DNA from: an uncultured Desulfosarcina sp.
Lineage (GTDB): Bacteria; Desulfobacterota; Desulfobacteria; Desulfobacterales; JAFDCJ01
Length of the DNA: 64,000 nucleotides
Direction of reading: 5' to 3'
Assembly: GCA_964435765.1 (NCBI GenBank)
Contig: CAYTBC010000001.1
Location: 18,547 to 82,546 of the forward strand
In this document: positions 30,055 through 39,805 of the stretch, in pieces
How the letters are laid out: the number at the start of each line of letters is the position of its first letter
Position numbering within the stretch: the stretch's first letter is position 1
Notes under the pieces: model-generated
Seen by the model: only the letters and a program-made list of their open reading frames with translations
Database searches by the model: none
What the model was told of the DNA's origin: nothing
Made by a program: the position numbers and the translations under genes

Positions 30055-30975
30055 ATGAATGAAAAAGCCAAAGCCATGGTCCTGGCTTCCTTTACAGCAG
30101 ATGCGCTCTCACTCGGCGTTCACTGGATTTATAATACCAACGTCATCGATAAAAAATGGGGGCGGATCGAAAGCTATATCAAACCCGAAAGACCGACGTA
30201 TCATCCCACCAAGGATCGCGGAGAGTTCACCCATTACGGGGACCAAACCCTGGTGCTGCTCAAATCGATTTCCGGCAGTTCCGGATTTGATCTGAAAACA
30301 TTTGCAGCCGACTGGCAAAATTTTTTTACATCCTATGAAGGCTATTTCGACGGGGCCACCAAAGCGACCCTCAAAAATTTTGAAGCCGGCAAAGGCCCGG
30401 CGGAATCCGGTTCCGAATCGGACGACTTGGCCGGCGCCGCCCGAATTGCACCGCTCGCGTATTGTTTTCGAAGCGATTTAGATAAACTGATCGCCAGTGC
30501 CAGAGCGCAAACCGCTCTCACCCACAATAACCAACAGGTTGTCGACAGTGCCGAATTCTTTGCCAGAGTGGTCTTCAAGGTGTTGAACGGAAAAAGCCCT
30601 GCCGCAGCAATCAAACAGACGATGGGCGAAGGATTTGACCGTGCGCCCTATGCCAAATGGGTTGAATCCGGCACCAGCAGTATTCAAACGGATACGCGCC
30701 AAGCCATTCTGGAATTTGGACAGATGTGTGAAATTGAGGCGGCCTTTCCAAGTGTAATTCATCTGATCACCAAATATGAGGGTAATCTGAAAAGAGGCCT
30801 GATAGAAAATGCCATGGCCGGCGGAGATTCTGCGGGCCGCGGTTTGACCCTGGGAATGATCCTGGGAGCGCATCTGGGAATTGACGCCATCCCGGCAAGT
30901 TGGCTCACCGAGCTCAAGGCGCACGGGCAGATCGTCAACCTGCTGGATCAAATTGACCGGCCAAAGGGCGTTTGA
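30055..30975 (+). CDS. ADP-ribosylglycohydrolase family protein (crystallin J1/SelJ-like branch)
   Basis: ADALSLGVHWIY, THYGDQT, LTHNN, NAMAGGDSAGR. Confidence 0.85.
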   Translation: MNEKAKAMVLASFTADALSLGVHWIYNTNVIDKKWGRIESYIKPERPTYHPTKDRGEFTHYGDQTLVLLKSISGSSGFDLKTFAADWQNFFTSYEGYFDGATKATLKNFEAGKGPAESGSESDDLAGAARIAPLAYCFRSDLDKLIASARAQTALTHNNQQVVDSAEFFARVVFKVLNGKSPAAAIKQTMGEGFDRAPYAKWVESGTSSIQTDTRQAILEFGQMCEIEAAFPSVIHLITKYEGNLKRGLIENAMAGGDSAGRGLTLGMILGAHLGIDAIPASWLTELKAHGQIVNLLDQIDRPKGV

Positions 30976-31014
30976 AAATATGGTTAACCGCATGATGAAC
31001 GGAATGAACTTAGT

Positions 31015-31557
31015 ATGAAGACGATGACAACACCGCTGGAAGGCCTCATCATCATCGAACCTCAGGTGTTCGGTGACCATCGGGGATATTTTCTGGAAAC
31101 ACACCATCAGAAACGATACCGCAATGATGGTATCGACCGCGTCTTTGTTCAGGACAATTTGTCTTATTCGGTCAAGGGAACGCTCAGAGGACTCCATTTT
31201 CAAATAAACAAACCCCAGGCCAAACTGGTGCAGGTTCTGACCGGTGAGGTCTATGATGTGGCCGTCGATATCAGAGCGCAATCCCCCACCTTCGGCAAGT
31301 GGTTCGGAATTTATTTGTCCGAAAAAAACAAACGTCAGATGTTCATACCTGAAGGTTTCGCCCATGGGTTCTGTGTGGTCAGTGAAAGTGCCCACTTTTG
31401 CTACAAATGTTCAAATTATTATGACCGCGACGATGAAAGGGGCATTCTGTGGTCGGACCCAAGCATCGGCATTGAATGGCCGATCAAGGATCCGGTTCTT
31501 TCCGCCAAAGACAGCCGATTTGGATCTTTATTAGAATTTACACCCAATCAACTTTAA
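31015..31557 (+). CDS. rmlC: dTDP-4-dehydrorhamnose 3,5-epimerase
   Basis: D.RGYF.E, FVQDN.S.S, RGLHFQ, GFAHGF. Confidence 0.96.
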   Translation: MKTMTTPLEGLIIIEPQVFGDHRGYFLETHHQKRYRNDGIDRVFVQDNLSYSVKGTLRGLHFQINKPQAKLVQVLTGEVYDVAVDIRAQSPTFGKWFGIYLSEKNKRQMFIPEGFAHGFCVVSESAHFCYKCSNYYDRDDERGILWSDPSIGIEWPIKDPVLSAKDSRFGSLLEFTPNQL

Positions 31558-31574
31558 ATTTGCATCGATCAGAC

Positions 31575-32465
31575 ATGAAAATACTTATCTACGGCGCCGG
31601 TGGACAGCTGGGATTCGAATTAATGCGCCAGGGTCAGGTCCTTGGTTTGGCCATCCATGGAATCGATTTTCCTCAAACCGACATAACCGATAATAACCGC
31701 ATCACAAATGACTTTGCCGAATTCAACCCGGAACTGGTGGTCAATGCGGCTGCGTACACCAAGGTCGACGGAGCTGAATCCGAACCGGAGTTGGCCTGGG
31801 CGATTAACCGCGATGGACCGGGCCATCTGGCCCGCCGCTGTGCTGAAAAAAAAATACCGTTTATTCATATTTCAACCGACTATGTTTTTGACGGCACCAA
31901 AAATTCCCCTTACCGCGAGACAGACCCGGTCTGTCCGCTGGGTGTTTACGGACGCAGCAAGGCCGAAGGCGAAGCGGTTGTGCGAACACTTGTTGATGAG
32001 CACATCATCCTGCGGACGGCATGGCTTTACGGCACTCACGGCCAGAATTTTGTGAAGACCATTCTGAAACTTGCCGCGGAAAAAGAAATCATCCGGGTGG
32101 TTGCCGATCAATATGGATCTCCCACCAGCGCGGCTGATCTGGCCGAAACGATTTTAACCATCGCCGGCCGTCTGCGCCGGCCATCTCCGGCCGACTGGGG
32201 AACCTACCACTACTGCGGCAAGGGCGTAACAAACTGGCATGGGTTTGCTGAGAACATCGTGGCATTGTCACGGCCCCACGGTAAAATCAAAGCCATCCGG
32301 ATTGAGGCCATCGCCACCGCGGAATTCCCCACCAAGGCCCGGCGCCCGCCATATTCAGCCCTGGACTGCCATTTGATCGGCAAACAATTCGGGATATCGC
32401 CCAAACCCTGGCAGGACAGCCTAAAGCGCATCATCCAGAGGCTTTGGTCGCCCCCCGGCAGCTGA
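31575..32465 (+). CDS. rmlD: dTDP-4-dehydrorhamnose reductase
   Basis: GAGGQLG, NAAAYT.VD, STDYVFDG, YGRSK. Confidence 0.96.
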   Translation: MKILIYGAGGQLGFELMRQGQVLGLAIHGIDFPQTDITDNNRITNDFAEFNPELVVNAAAYTKVDGAESEPELAWAINRDGPGHLARRCAEKKIPFIHISTDYVFDGTKNSPYRETDPVCPLGVYGRSKAEGEAVVRTLVDEHIILRTAWLYGTHGQNFVKTILKLAAEKEIIRVVADQYGSPTSAADLAETILTIAGRLRRPSPADWGTYHYCGKGVTNWHGFAENIVALSRPHGKIKAIRIEAIATAEFPTKARRPPYSALDCHLIGKQFGISPKPWQDSLKRIIQRLWSPPGS

Positions 32466-32686
32466 TGGCACCGTAAATATCTCAGCCTTGCAGAACGGGA
32501 TTTTCCCGGATCGAATGAACCACCCCTGCGCTCCTACCCCGCACTATTATTTCCAAAATGAGATTTAAGCCTCTAAAATTTTTAGAAATAACTTTCATGA
32601 AGCTTTAGAACTGCTTGATCTTTTTCTGATTTCATTTTATCATGGAAGTAATGAGCGAGACCCTACGATAAACGATGAAATCATAG

Positions 32687-34084
32687 ATGAATCATATGGA
32701 ATCGATTCCCCCTGAACACACACCGGTACTGGTTGTCGACGATGACGAGGGACTGCTTCTAAGTATTAAAGCAACTTTGGTCAGCGCGGGGCTGCCTGAA
32801 CCGGCCCTTGTCTCCGACAGCCGCAATGCCCTGAAGCTGATGCGAAACCATCATTTTCAACTCGTATTGCTGGACGTGATCATACCGCATCTTAACGGCA
32901 TCGAGGTTCTCGAACAAATCAAGCGTGAATTTCCGGAAGCCGAATGCGTCATCGTCAGCGCCTGTGATGAAGTCGCCACGGCCGTTCAGGCCATGAGCCT
33001 GGGAGCATCGGATTACCTGGTTAAACCTCTCAACAGTGAAAAACTGATAGCACTGGTTCAAGGCAGTCTCGAAATGCACAATTTGCAGGATGAACTGGCG
33101 CGCTTCGGCAGAAAAAAAGTTTTCTCCGAATTGAAGAACCGCCAGGCGTTTGCCGGTATGGTCGCCGAAGACGAATCCATGGCGCTGGTATTTCATCAGG
33201 TTGAAGCTGTTGCCGGAACCGATTACAGCGTGGTGATCAATGGCGAATCCGGAACCGGCAAGGAAATGCTGGCCCGGGTCATTCACAATTTGAGCAATCG
33301 ATCAAGTGCGCCCTTTTATGCCGTCAACATGGCATCGTTTAGCAAAACCATATTCGAGGATGAGTTCTTCGGGCATGCCAAAGGCGCGTATACGGACGCA
33401 GCCAGCGACCGCAGAGGATTTTTTGAAGCCGCCCACGGGGGAACACTTTTTCTGGACGAAATTACCGAACTGGATCCGTCCCTGCAGGCCAAGCTGTTAA
33501 GGGTGATTGAAGAGCGCGAATTTTATCGACTGGGCAGCACCGAGATTCGAAATGTGGATGTGCGCATTATTGCTGCCACCAACCGTGACATCAACGAAGA
33601 AATCATCCAAGGCCGGTTTCGAGCCGACCTGTTTTACCGCATCAATATGTACAACATTCAAATACCGCCGCTAAGGGAAAGAAAGGACGACATTCTGCCG
33701 CTGGCCAATCATTTTCTGAAAATCCATGCCAGAGCCAACAATAAAAAAATTATGGATTTGGCACCGGATCTGGCCGAAAGGTTCCTGCAATTGCCATTTT
33801 TGGGCAACGTTCGGGAACTTGAAAATATGGTTGCCGGTGCCGTTTTACTTGAACAGGGCCGGACCCTGACATTGGCTTCGGCCCACAATTTGCTGCCGTA
33901 CAATGGCCCCGAACGTCGCAAGAATGTTGAACTGCTCACCCTGGACGAACTTGAAAAGCGCCATATCAGACGCGTTCTGGAAGTCACCGGAGGAAACCGA
34001 CCCAAAGCGGCTAAAATTCTGGGAGTTAATGTTACAACCGTATACCGCAAATTGGAGAAATATAACATAACCGATAACGCTTGA
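32687..34084 (+). CDS. Sigma54-dependent response regulator (REC-AAA+-HTH)
   Basis: REC domain, GESGTGKE, GAYTDA loop, LFLDEI, AATNRD, Fis-type HTH. Confidence 0.93.
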   Translation: MNHMESIPPEHTPVLVVDDDEGLLLSIKATLVSAGLPEPALVSDSRNALKLMRNHHFQLVLLDVIIPHLNGIEVLEQIKREFPEAECVIVSACDEVATAVQAMSLGASDYLVKPLNSEKLIALVQGSLEMHNLQDELARFGRKKVFSELKNRQAFAGMVAEDESMALVFHQVEAVAGTDYSVVINGESGTGKEMLARVIHNLSNRSSAPFYAVNMASFSKTIFEDEFFGHAKGAYTDAASDRRGFFEAAHGGTLFLDEITELDPSLQAKLLRVIEEREFYRLGSTEIRNVDVRIIAATNRDINEEIIQGRFRADLFYRINMYNIQIPPLRERKDDILPLANHFLKIHARANNKKIMDLAPDLAERFLQLPFLGNVRELENMVAGAVLLEQGRTLTLASAHNLLPYNGPERRKNVELLTLDELEKRHIRRVLEVTGGNRPKAAKILGVNVTTVYRKLEKYNITDNA

Positions 34085-34271
34085 GCGAGCATCGCAAGAT
34101 TCAGGCAATAAGACCCCACATCTTCTGCTTTTGCGGGCACTCGTTGGAAATTCGTGCGGTCTGAATTCCCCGCTTGATCAAGCCCGCAGTTTTGCAATTT
34201 TTTCCAATATCAAAGACCCGCTGCAGGATAACTTCGATCGGACAGCGACGTCGGCAAAGGAGGGTGCATAC

Positions 34272-34721
34272 ATGTCAGATGGTTTGGATGTCATTGTTCT
34301 CGACGACGATCCCGGTATCTGTGAGGTCATTTCCGAGTTGATCGAGAGTTTTTATACCTGGGGCCAAGTGTATTGCTTTTCAAATCCCGATGAAGCAATT
34401 TCTTTCTGTCTGGAACGGGATATCGGTGTCGCGATATTCGTGGTTGATGTCTTTCTGGGAGGACTCAGCGGGTTTTATTTTCTGGATGCCATCGAAAACA
34501 AATATCCCACGGCGCATGAGGATACCATCATCATCAGCGGAAACGCCAGTGACGACGTGGTCAATATGTGCCTGGCCTCCAATGTGAATTATTTGCTGGA
34601 AAAACCTCTAAAACCTTACGCGCTGCAGCTTGCGGTGCGGGCCATTACGGCCAAATATCTGGATTTTGCCAAAATGTTGTTGCAGAATCCGGGTTTTGCA
34701 GAAGATGTCGCCAGACTATAG
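34272..34721 (+). CDS. Stand-alone receiver-domain protein
   Basis: VLDDD, VVD, ISG, EKP; AAGGAGG RBS before ATG 34272. Confidence 0.85.
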   Translation: MSDGLDVIVLDDDPGICEVISELIESFYTWGQVYCFSNPDEAISFCLERDIGVAIFVVDVFLGGLSGFYFLDAIENKYPTAHEDTIIISGNASDDVVNMCLASNVNYLLEKPLKPYALQLAVRAITAKYLDFAKMLLQNPGFAEDVARL

Positions 34722-34831
34722 ACGCGTGATAGGTTGTTTAATTTGACTCTGCCGCGGCTAGGTTAACACCTAAAATAACAACAGTGATAAATTCCTCGGA
34801 CTCCGGACGAAGCCGCCGGTAAGTCAACAGA

Positions 34832-35581
34832 GTGCGAATTGAAATGGCAGGAATCGAAAAAATCGAGGGCAGCGCTGTCCTGCAACTATTAAGAGTGCTG
34901 CGAAAGAATAACGTTCCGCTGAAAATGAGGCTGACGGAAGGTGCAGCTGAGCATTTGACTCACATAGCGGACATTCGCAAAAGCAAGAGAAAATATCATT
35001 TTAAAATCAACTCGCAGGAAGCGTTTCTTAAGGCCGGTGCTGATACGAACGGCTCGCCGCTGCAGTTTGAGTTTACCGATCCAAATAAAATTAAATTTGT
35101 TTTTGAAGCCGATCCCGCGGAGATTTCCCCCGGCGCGATTTGGGTCAAATTTCCGGAATTCATCTGTCGCTACCAGCGGCGCAGCCTTTTCAGATTGGAG
35201 GCGCCGCACGGAACCCGGCTTTACTTCGAGGTGAATGATACCCGTATCAAGCTGCTGGTCATAAATGTCAGTTTAGGCGGCTCGCTCGGTGTACTGGTCA
35301 GCTTGACCAAACAAATGGAGCATGAACTGCAATTCCATAAAACTCAAATATTAGAAAATGTCGAACTGGTCTTCCCTTCTAAAGGCAAATCCGCGGAGGA
35401 ATCCACCGTTAAAATCAGGCGCTGCCTGATGAGGCGGCATGAAAGAAATCCGGTTACCAATAAGTTTGAATGCGCTTTGGAGTTTAAAGAGATTCGCGAA
35501 GATGAAAGAAAGAAGTTACGGGAACTCTTTTACGAGTGGCAAAGAGATTATTTGCGGAAAAGAAGATTGCTGGGATCTTGA
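34832..35581 (+). CDS. PilZ-domain flagellar-brake-like (YcgR-type) protein
   Basis: QRRSLFR (RxxxR) and NVSLGG (D/NxSxxG), preceded by a PilZN-like region. Confidence 0.82.
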   Translation: MRIEMAGIEKIEGSAVLQLLRVLRKNNVPLKMRLTEGAAEHLTHIADIRKSKRKYHFKINSQEAFLKAGADTNGSPLQFEFTDPNKIKFVFEADPAEISPGAIWVKFPEFICRYQRRSLFRLEAPHGTRLYFEVNDTRIKLLVINVSLGGSLGVLVSLTKQMEHELQFHKTQILENVELVFPSKGKSAEESTVKIRRCLMRRHERNPVTNKFECALEFKEIREDERKKLRELFYEWQRDYLRKRRLLGS

Positions 35582-35706
35582 ATGAAAATAATTAAAATGA
35601 GCTATAATTTTTGGTATTCCGTTCCTTTTTAAAAATGAGATAGGGCTCAGCGTTTCCTTAATGTTAGGCATTTTAGACAATTTAGATCACTTTAGGCATT
35701 TCTTGC

Positions 35707-36642
35707 TCAGACCGTCAGTACCATCCCTTCCCGGGCAAAAATAATTTCCGGGTCTTCCGTAAATTGCCCCCCGCAAAATGATTGTTTCAGCACGTCAATT
35801 TGTGAATCCGAGCGCAACGGATCATGGTGACAAATTACCAGGCGCTTGACAGCTGCCCGCTTGGCAGTCTCAAGGGCGTGTTCGATGGGAGAGTGTCCCC
35901 AGCCTTTTTTGCCGGCTTCATATTCCGCCAGGGTATATTGGCCATCATGGATCAGAAGATCGGCGCCTTTAAAAAATGCATCCAGCCTTTGGTTTTCCTC
36001 ACAGGCGGTCAGCTCCCCTTCCGCCGCAAGAAACTCATCGTAGGAGGGATCAGCTGGATCTGTGCTGAAAACGTTGAAAAATGGTTCGGTATCAAAAGCA
36101 GTACAAACAACCCTTCCGTTGTACTGGATTCGATATGCTAACGAAAGCAGCGGGTGGTTTAAATATTTGGCATGCAGCGTGATGCCGTCACCCAGATCAT
36201 AGCCTCCTTCCTTCAAATCAATATATTCGATCCGGGCCGCCAATTCTTCCTGGCGGACCGGAAAGTACCGGTAGGACATCTGACCGCCGATCACGTTTTT
36301 GAGGGAATCCTCCTCACAAGTTATGGGGCCGTGAATTTTCAGCTGGGCTCCGGGAAAGTAAATCGGCGCGAAAAAAGGCAGACCCAGGATGTGGTCCAAG
36401 TGGGTGTGGGATAAAAAAATTTCAGCATTGAAATGGCCCTTATCAATATAGTCGGCCATCAGAGCGTCACCCAGCTTTCGAATGCCGGAGCCGGCATCTA
36501 TAATTATCACACGATCGTTCATGGGACCCTTTAAACGCAATTCAAGGCACAGGGTGTTGCCGCCATATTTGACGGTTTCCCGCCCCGGACAGGGAATTGA
36601 TCCCCGAACCCCCCAGAAGGTCAGCTGGATAGCGCTATTCAT
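35707..36642 (-). CDS. MBL-fold metallo-hydrolase
   Basis: FWGVRGSIPCPG, DAGSG, HTHLDH, HDGQY, GWGHS, HHDP. Confidence 0.9.
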   Translation of the reverse strand: MNSAIQLTFWGVRGSIPCPGRETVKYGGNTLCLELRLKGPMNDRVIIIDAGSGIRKLGDALMADYIDKGHFNAEIFLSHTHLDHILGLPFFAPIYFPGAQLKIHGPITCEEDSLKNVIGGQMSYRYFPVRQEELAARIEYIDLKEGGYDLGDGITLHAKYLNHPLLSLAYRIQYNGRVVCTAFDTEPFFNVFSTDPADPSYDEFLAAEGELTACEENQRLDAFFKGADLLIHDGQYTLAEYEAGKKGWGHSPIEHALETAKRAAVKRLVICHHDPLRSDSQIDVLKQSFCGGQFTEDPEIIFAREGMVLTV

Positions 36643-37528
36643 CTTGAATAACCTCTAGAAAAATTTTGGCCTTCTCGATTTCGCTTAAAACCGTCGCGTG
36701 CAAACCCGTCAACGCTTCTCGATCAAAACCCATCCCCGCGATCAAGGCCGACATCAACGGTTGATCGATAAAAAGATCTCCGGCATTGCCGATATTGAAG
36801 TTGTTGGCCAATTGATTGGACAAAGAGACCATGGATACGAATTCGCGGGTTGTCTCAGAGCTATCATACGGATGGTGGTGGTGTGAAAGTGATTCGACTA
36901 GCGGCGGTCCCAGCCGCCATTTTTCGGCAATCATACACCCGACGCCACAGTGATCAAAACCGAAAAAATTATTTTCACTGCGGCATAACGTAAATTGCTC
37001 TCGACGGGCATTTTCCCAAACCTGATCATATTCATTCGAGAATTGCCTTTGGAGGGGAAGTTTGCCCAAATCGTGCAAAAGCCCGGCCACAAATAATTCC
37101 TCCCGGTTTCCGGGCGCCATGCCCTTGGCCGTAGCCAGCGATTTGGCAATAATTCCGACACACAGGGAATGGGTCCAAAATTCATCCATCGAAAAAGATC
37201 GAATGCTGCTCTTACCTTTGAGATTTTCCAGAACCGCGAAGCTGAGCGCAAGATTTTTAACGGTATTGATCCCGAGCATGATAATCGCCCGGGTCAGGGA
37301 TGAAATGGGTCGGCCGAGTGAATAATAGGCCGAATTGATGAGTCTCAGGACCCGACCGGTAAGAACCGGATCCAGTGAGATGACTTTTTTGAGATCATTA
37401 GCGGATGCTTGAGGATCATTGCAGGTCTCCAAGACTTTTATAACGGTTGTCGACAGGCTGGGCATCCGGGCGATGTATGCCTGAATTCTTTTTGGATAGC
37501 TCGCCAGGCTACTTTTGAGATCCTTCAT
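36635..37528 (-). CDS. HDOD-domain protein
   Basis: MPSL, DPVLT..VL.LINS, FWTHS, GLLHDLGK, HHH. Confidence 0.92.
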   Translation of the reverse strand: MKDLKSSLASYPKRIQAYIARMPSLSTTVIKVLETCNDPQASANDLKKVISLDPVLTGRVLRLINSAYYSLGRPISSLTRAIIMLGINTVKNLALSFAVLENLKGKSSIRSFSMDEFWTHSLCVGIIAKSLATAKGMAPGNREELFVAGLLHDLGKLPLQRQFSNEYDQVWENARREQFTLCRSENNFFGFDHCGVGCMIAEKWRLGPPLVESLSHHHHPYDSSETTREFVSMVSLSNQLANNFNIGNAGDLFIDQPLMSALIAGMGFDREALTGLHATVLSEIEKAKIFLEVIQDE

Positions 37529-37636
37529 GAGTGGAACGTAGTCAATTGAAAATCATTTTCATATTTTTTACGGCCGCCGCAGGAGGCAGACTGAAAACGG
37601 TTTTTCAACCTGCCGGCCCGATGCGGCACGTTGGGG

Positions 37637-38107
37637 TCAGGCGTCCACATAATCGCCCCGGTAAAACTTGGTGACTTCCAGCGAAGCGGTTACCAGCGTC
37701 CGGTTGACGACATCTCTAAGTTCTTCATCCTCCGGCAGGGAATCCAGGATAGGGATCAGATTTTCGCGGGCCTGATTTATCTCCCTGATGGCCGGATCGA
37801 TTTCTTTCAGCGCCAAGGACGGATCGGAAAGCTGCTGCCGGTATTGATCCAGCAGATCGATCAGATTTTCAACCCGATCAAGGACCCGCCCCTTTTCCAA
37901 ACTAAAATAGGCTGCCGGTGGAATGGACGCCAGCGGCCTGACAATTGCCGTCTGTCCAAGACCGGCAGCTTCCGATTTCGTGTTTGCGACCGTGTCCTTC
38001 AAAATGTCGCCGAATTTTGGGCCGGACGGAGACTGGGGTCTGGCTTTGTTTTCAGTAAAAAGATTTTTTTGAATTTGCTCTTGGTTTTCGATTTTCATAG
38101 CACCCAT
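37637..38107 (-). CDS. Hypothetical helical protein, possibly flagellum-associated
   Basis: Clean ORF with coding-like composition; KFYRGDY C-terminus; sigma54-like upstream elements. Confidence 0.75.
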   Translation of the reverse strand: MGAMKIENQEQIQKNLFTENKARPQSPSGPKFGDILKDTVANTKSEAAGLGQTAIVRPLASIPPAAYFSLEKGRVLDRVENLIDLLDQYRQQLSDPSLALKEIDPAIREINQARENLIPILDSLPEDEELRDVVNRTLVTASLEVTKFYRGDYVDA

Positions 38108-38484
38108 TTCCTAAATTTAGCGTGTTGATTGCATATTCGACAGTCATTTTAAACACCGCCGGTTCGAGGCGGTCCCAGCAGTACTACTATATGCAAAATT
38201 CATGCACATTGATTTAATCGAATCATAAATTTAAATCTCAAATAATTTCAAGCAATCGGGCAGAATATGCGATCATCCGGCTGGACTTGCTCTTTGGGGC
38301 AGGGGCAAAAATTGCCTACTGACTGCCGGCGGCTGAAGGTCCTTCCCAGAAAAGGCACAGTTTTTGCCGAGATATTTCCTTGCGCAAGGCGCCGGGTCCG
38401 CTCCTTTTTCTGAGTGGATGCATCAAAAGATTTTGCAGGCCCGGAAACTGTGGACGGATTCAACCAGCCCTCACCAGTCTGCGT

Positions 38485-38997
38485 CTAAGCAGCTTCCGAC
38501 ATTACGGACAGCTCATCGCGGCTTAAAACCTGGTCAATATCTAATAATATTTTGACGCTGCCCTCCATTTTTGCCATCCCAAGGATATAGTCCGTATTCA
38601 ATTTGGTGCCGAAGGTGGGTGTTTTTTCGATGTCCATCGCTTTGATATTGAGAACTTCCGACACGGCATCCACCACAATGCCCACCAGAATGGTTCCGGA
38701 TTGCCCGTCTATTTCGACCACAATGATGCAGGTTCTTTCCGTGTAGTCAATCGGCGGCATACCGAATCTTAAGCGCAGGTCCATTACGGGAATGACCTTG
38801 CCCCTGAGGTTGATGACGCCTTTGACGAATTCCGGAGTTTGCGGTACCGAGGTGATCGGCAGCATTCCGATGATCTCTTTGATCTTCAGAATGCCGATGC
38901 CGTATTCCTCTGCGGCCAGGGTGAATGTGAGGTACTTGCCTTCTTTATCGGCCATGGCTTTGACTGCCTGGTCAATCTTCTGGTCAACTGCTGACAT
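38485..38997 (-). CDS. cheW: Chemotaxis coupling protein CheW
   Basis: KYLTF, VPQTPEFVKGVINLRGKVIPV, GIVVDAVSEV. Confidence 0.96.
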   Translation of the reverse strand: MSAVDQKIDQAVKAMADKEGKYLTFTLAAEEYGIGILKIKEIIGMLPITSVPQTPEFVKGVINLRGKVIPVMDLRLRFGMPPIDYTERTCIIVVEIDGQSGTILVGIVVDAVSEVLNIKAMDIEKTPTFGTKLNTDYILGMAKMEGSVKILLDIDQVLSRDELSVMSEAA

Positions 38998-39042
38998 AAT
39001 CCGATCTCCTGGTTTTATAATCTTCAACGTTGCTGCCGGCAT

Positions 39043-39783
39043 CTAATTGGAATTCAGGGGTACCCCCAGCACGAGATAGGCCATGGGAGGCTGCCGCAGT
39101 GGATAGATCGAAACGCGGACCTCCCGTCTGCCCGCCTGCTTATTTTTGATGGCGATGCGACAGTTTTCCGTAAAATCAGGCTCCCCTAACGCTAATTTTC
39201 TCACGGTCTCAATAACTTTCGGCAGCGAAGCGACATCCACAATTTTATCAATCCCCATGCCCACCAGATCTTTTTGACCGACCTCACACAGTTGCGCACA
39301 TAATGCATTACCGCCCCAAAGGTATAAATCCTTAAAAACAGCTGCCGGCACCTCAATCTGGTGCACAAACTGAATGCGGTGCATAAAAGTCTCACTATAA
39401 TATCGGCAGGAGTAGCATTCGGTACAACCCATCAGTCCGCTGTCTTTAACCGTAAAACAAGCCTGGAGCCGATTCTTAAACGCTATGCAGTCGCGGCACT
39501 TCAGTCCGTGCTCGCTATCGCGCCAGTGTTGCCAACAGTTCTGGAAACTTTTAAAAATCGGCCCGTTCGAATTTTTTTGCGCCAGTTCGGGGGGAATTTT
39601 TTGACCGCTGTTTTTAAGAAAAAACAGAAAATCATCAACCGGGATGGTATAGTTTCTGCCCAACCGATTGGCATGCAGTTTCTTTGAGCGAATCCAATAG
39701 CCGACCGTGGTGCGCCCCACTCCGCATAGGGCCGCCGCTTCGGACACTGACAATGATTTTGCAGATTCTGACATTCGTCTCAT
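39043..39783 (-). CDS. Excisionase-type HTH + Cys-rich + PAS-like regulator
   Basis: LSVSEAAALCGV.RTTV..WI; CW..C..C..C..C..C..C; start set by AAGGAG RBS. Confidence 0.8.
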   Translation of the reverse strand: MRRMSESAKSLSVSEAAALCGVGRTTVGYWIRSKKLHANRLGRNYTIPVDDFLFFLKNSGQKIPPELAQKNSNGPIFKSFQNCWQHWRDSEHGLKCRDCIAFKNRLQACFTVKDSGLMGCTECYSCRYYSETFMHRIQFVHQIEVPAAVFKDLYLWGGNALCAQLCEVGQKDLVGMGIDKIVDVASLPKVIETVRKLALGEPDFTENCRIAIKNKQAGRREVRVSIYPLRQPPMAYLVLGVPLNSN

Positions 39784-39805
39784 AACTCCTTGTTTACGAA
39801 TGAAT

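Noticed and set aside
30478-31395. 305-aa minus-strand ORF
   Set aside because: Antisense shadow of the ADP-ribosylglycohydrolase and rmlC genes; no recognisable motifs.
26688-32465. Genomic island or prophage at tRNA-fMet
   Set aside because: No integrase and no tRNA 3'-end direct repeat seen; a normal terminator follows the tRNA.
38353-38368. Plus-strand sigma54 promoter AGGCACAGTTTTTGCC
   Set aside because: No plus-strand gene or terminator follows; better read as an activator site for the minus-strand gene, though an antisense RNA to cheW cannot be excluded.
39043-39783. Phage excisionase
   Set aside because: The HTH is fused to sensor-like domains and sits in a cheW operon; no mobile-element genes are nearby.
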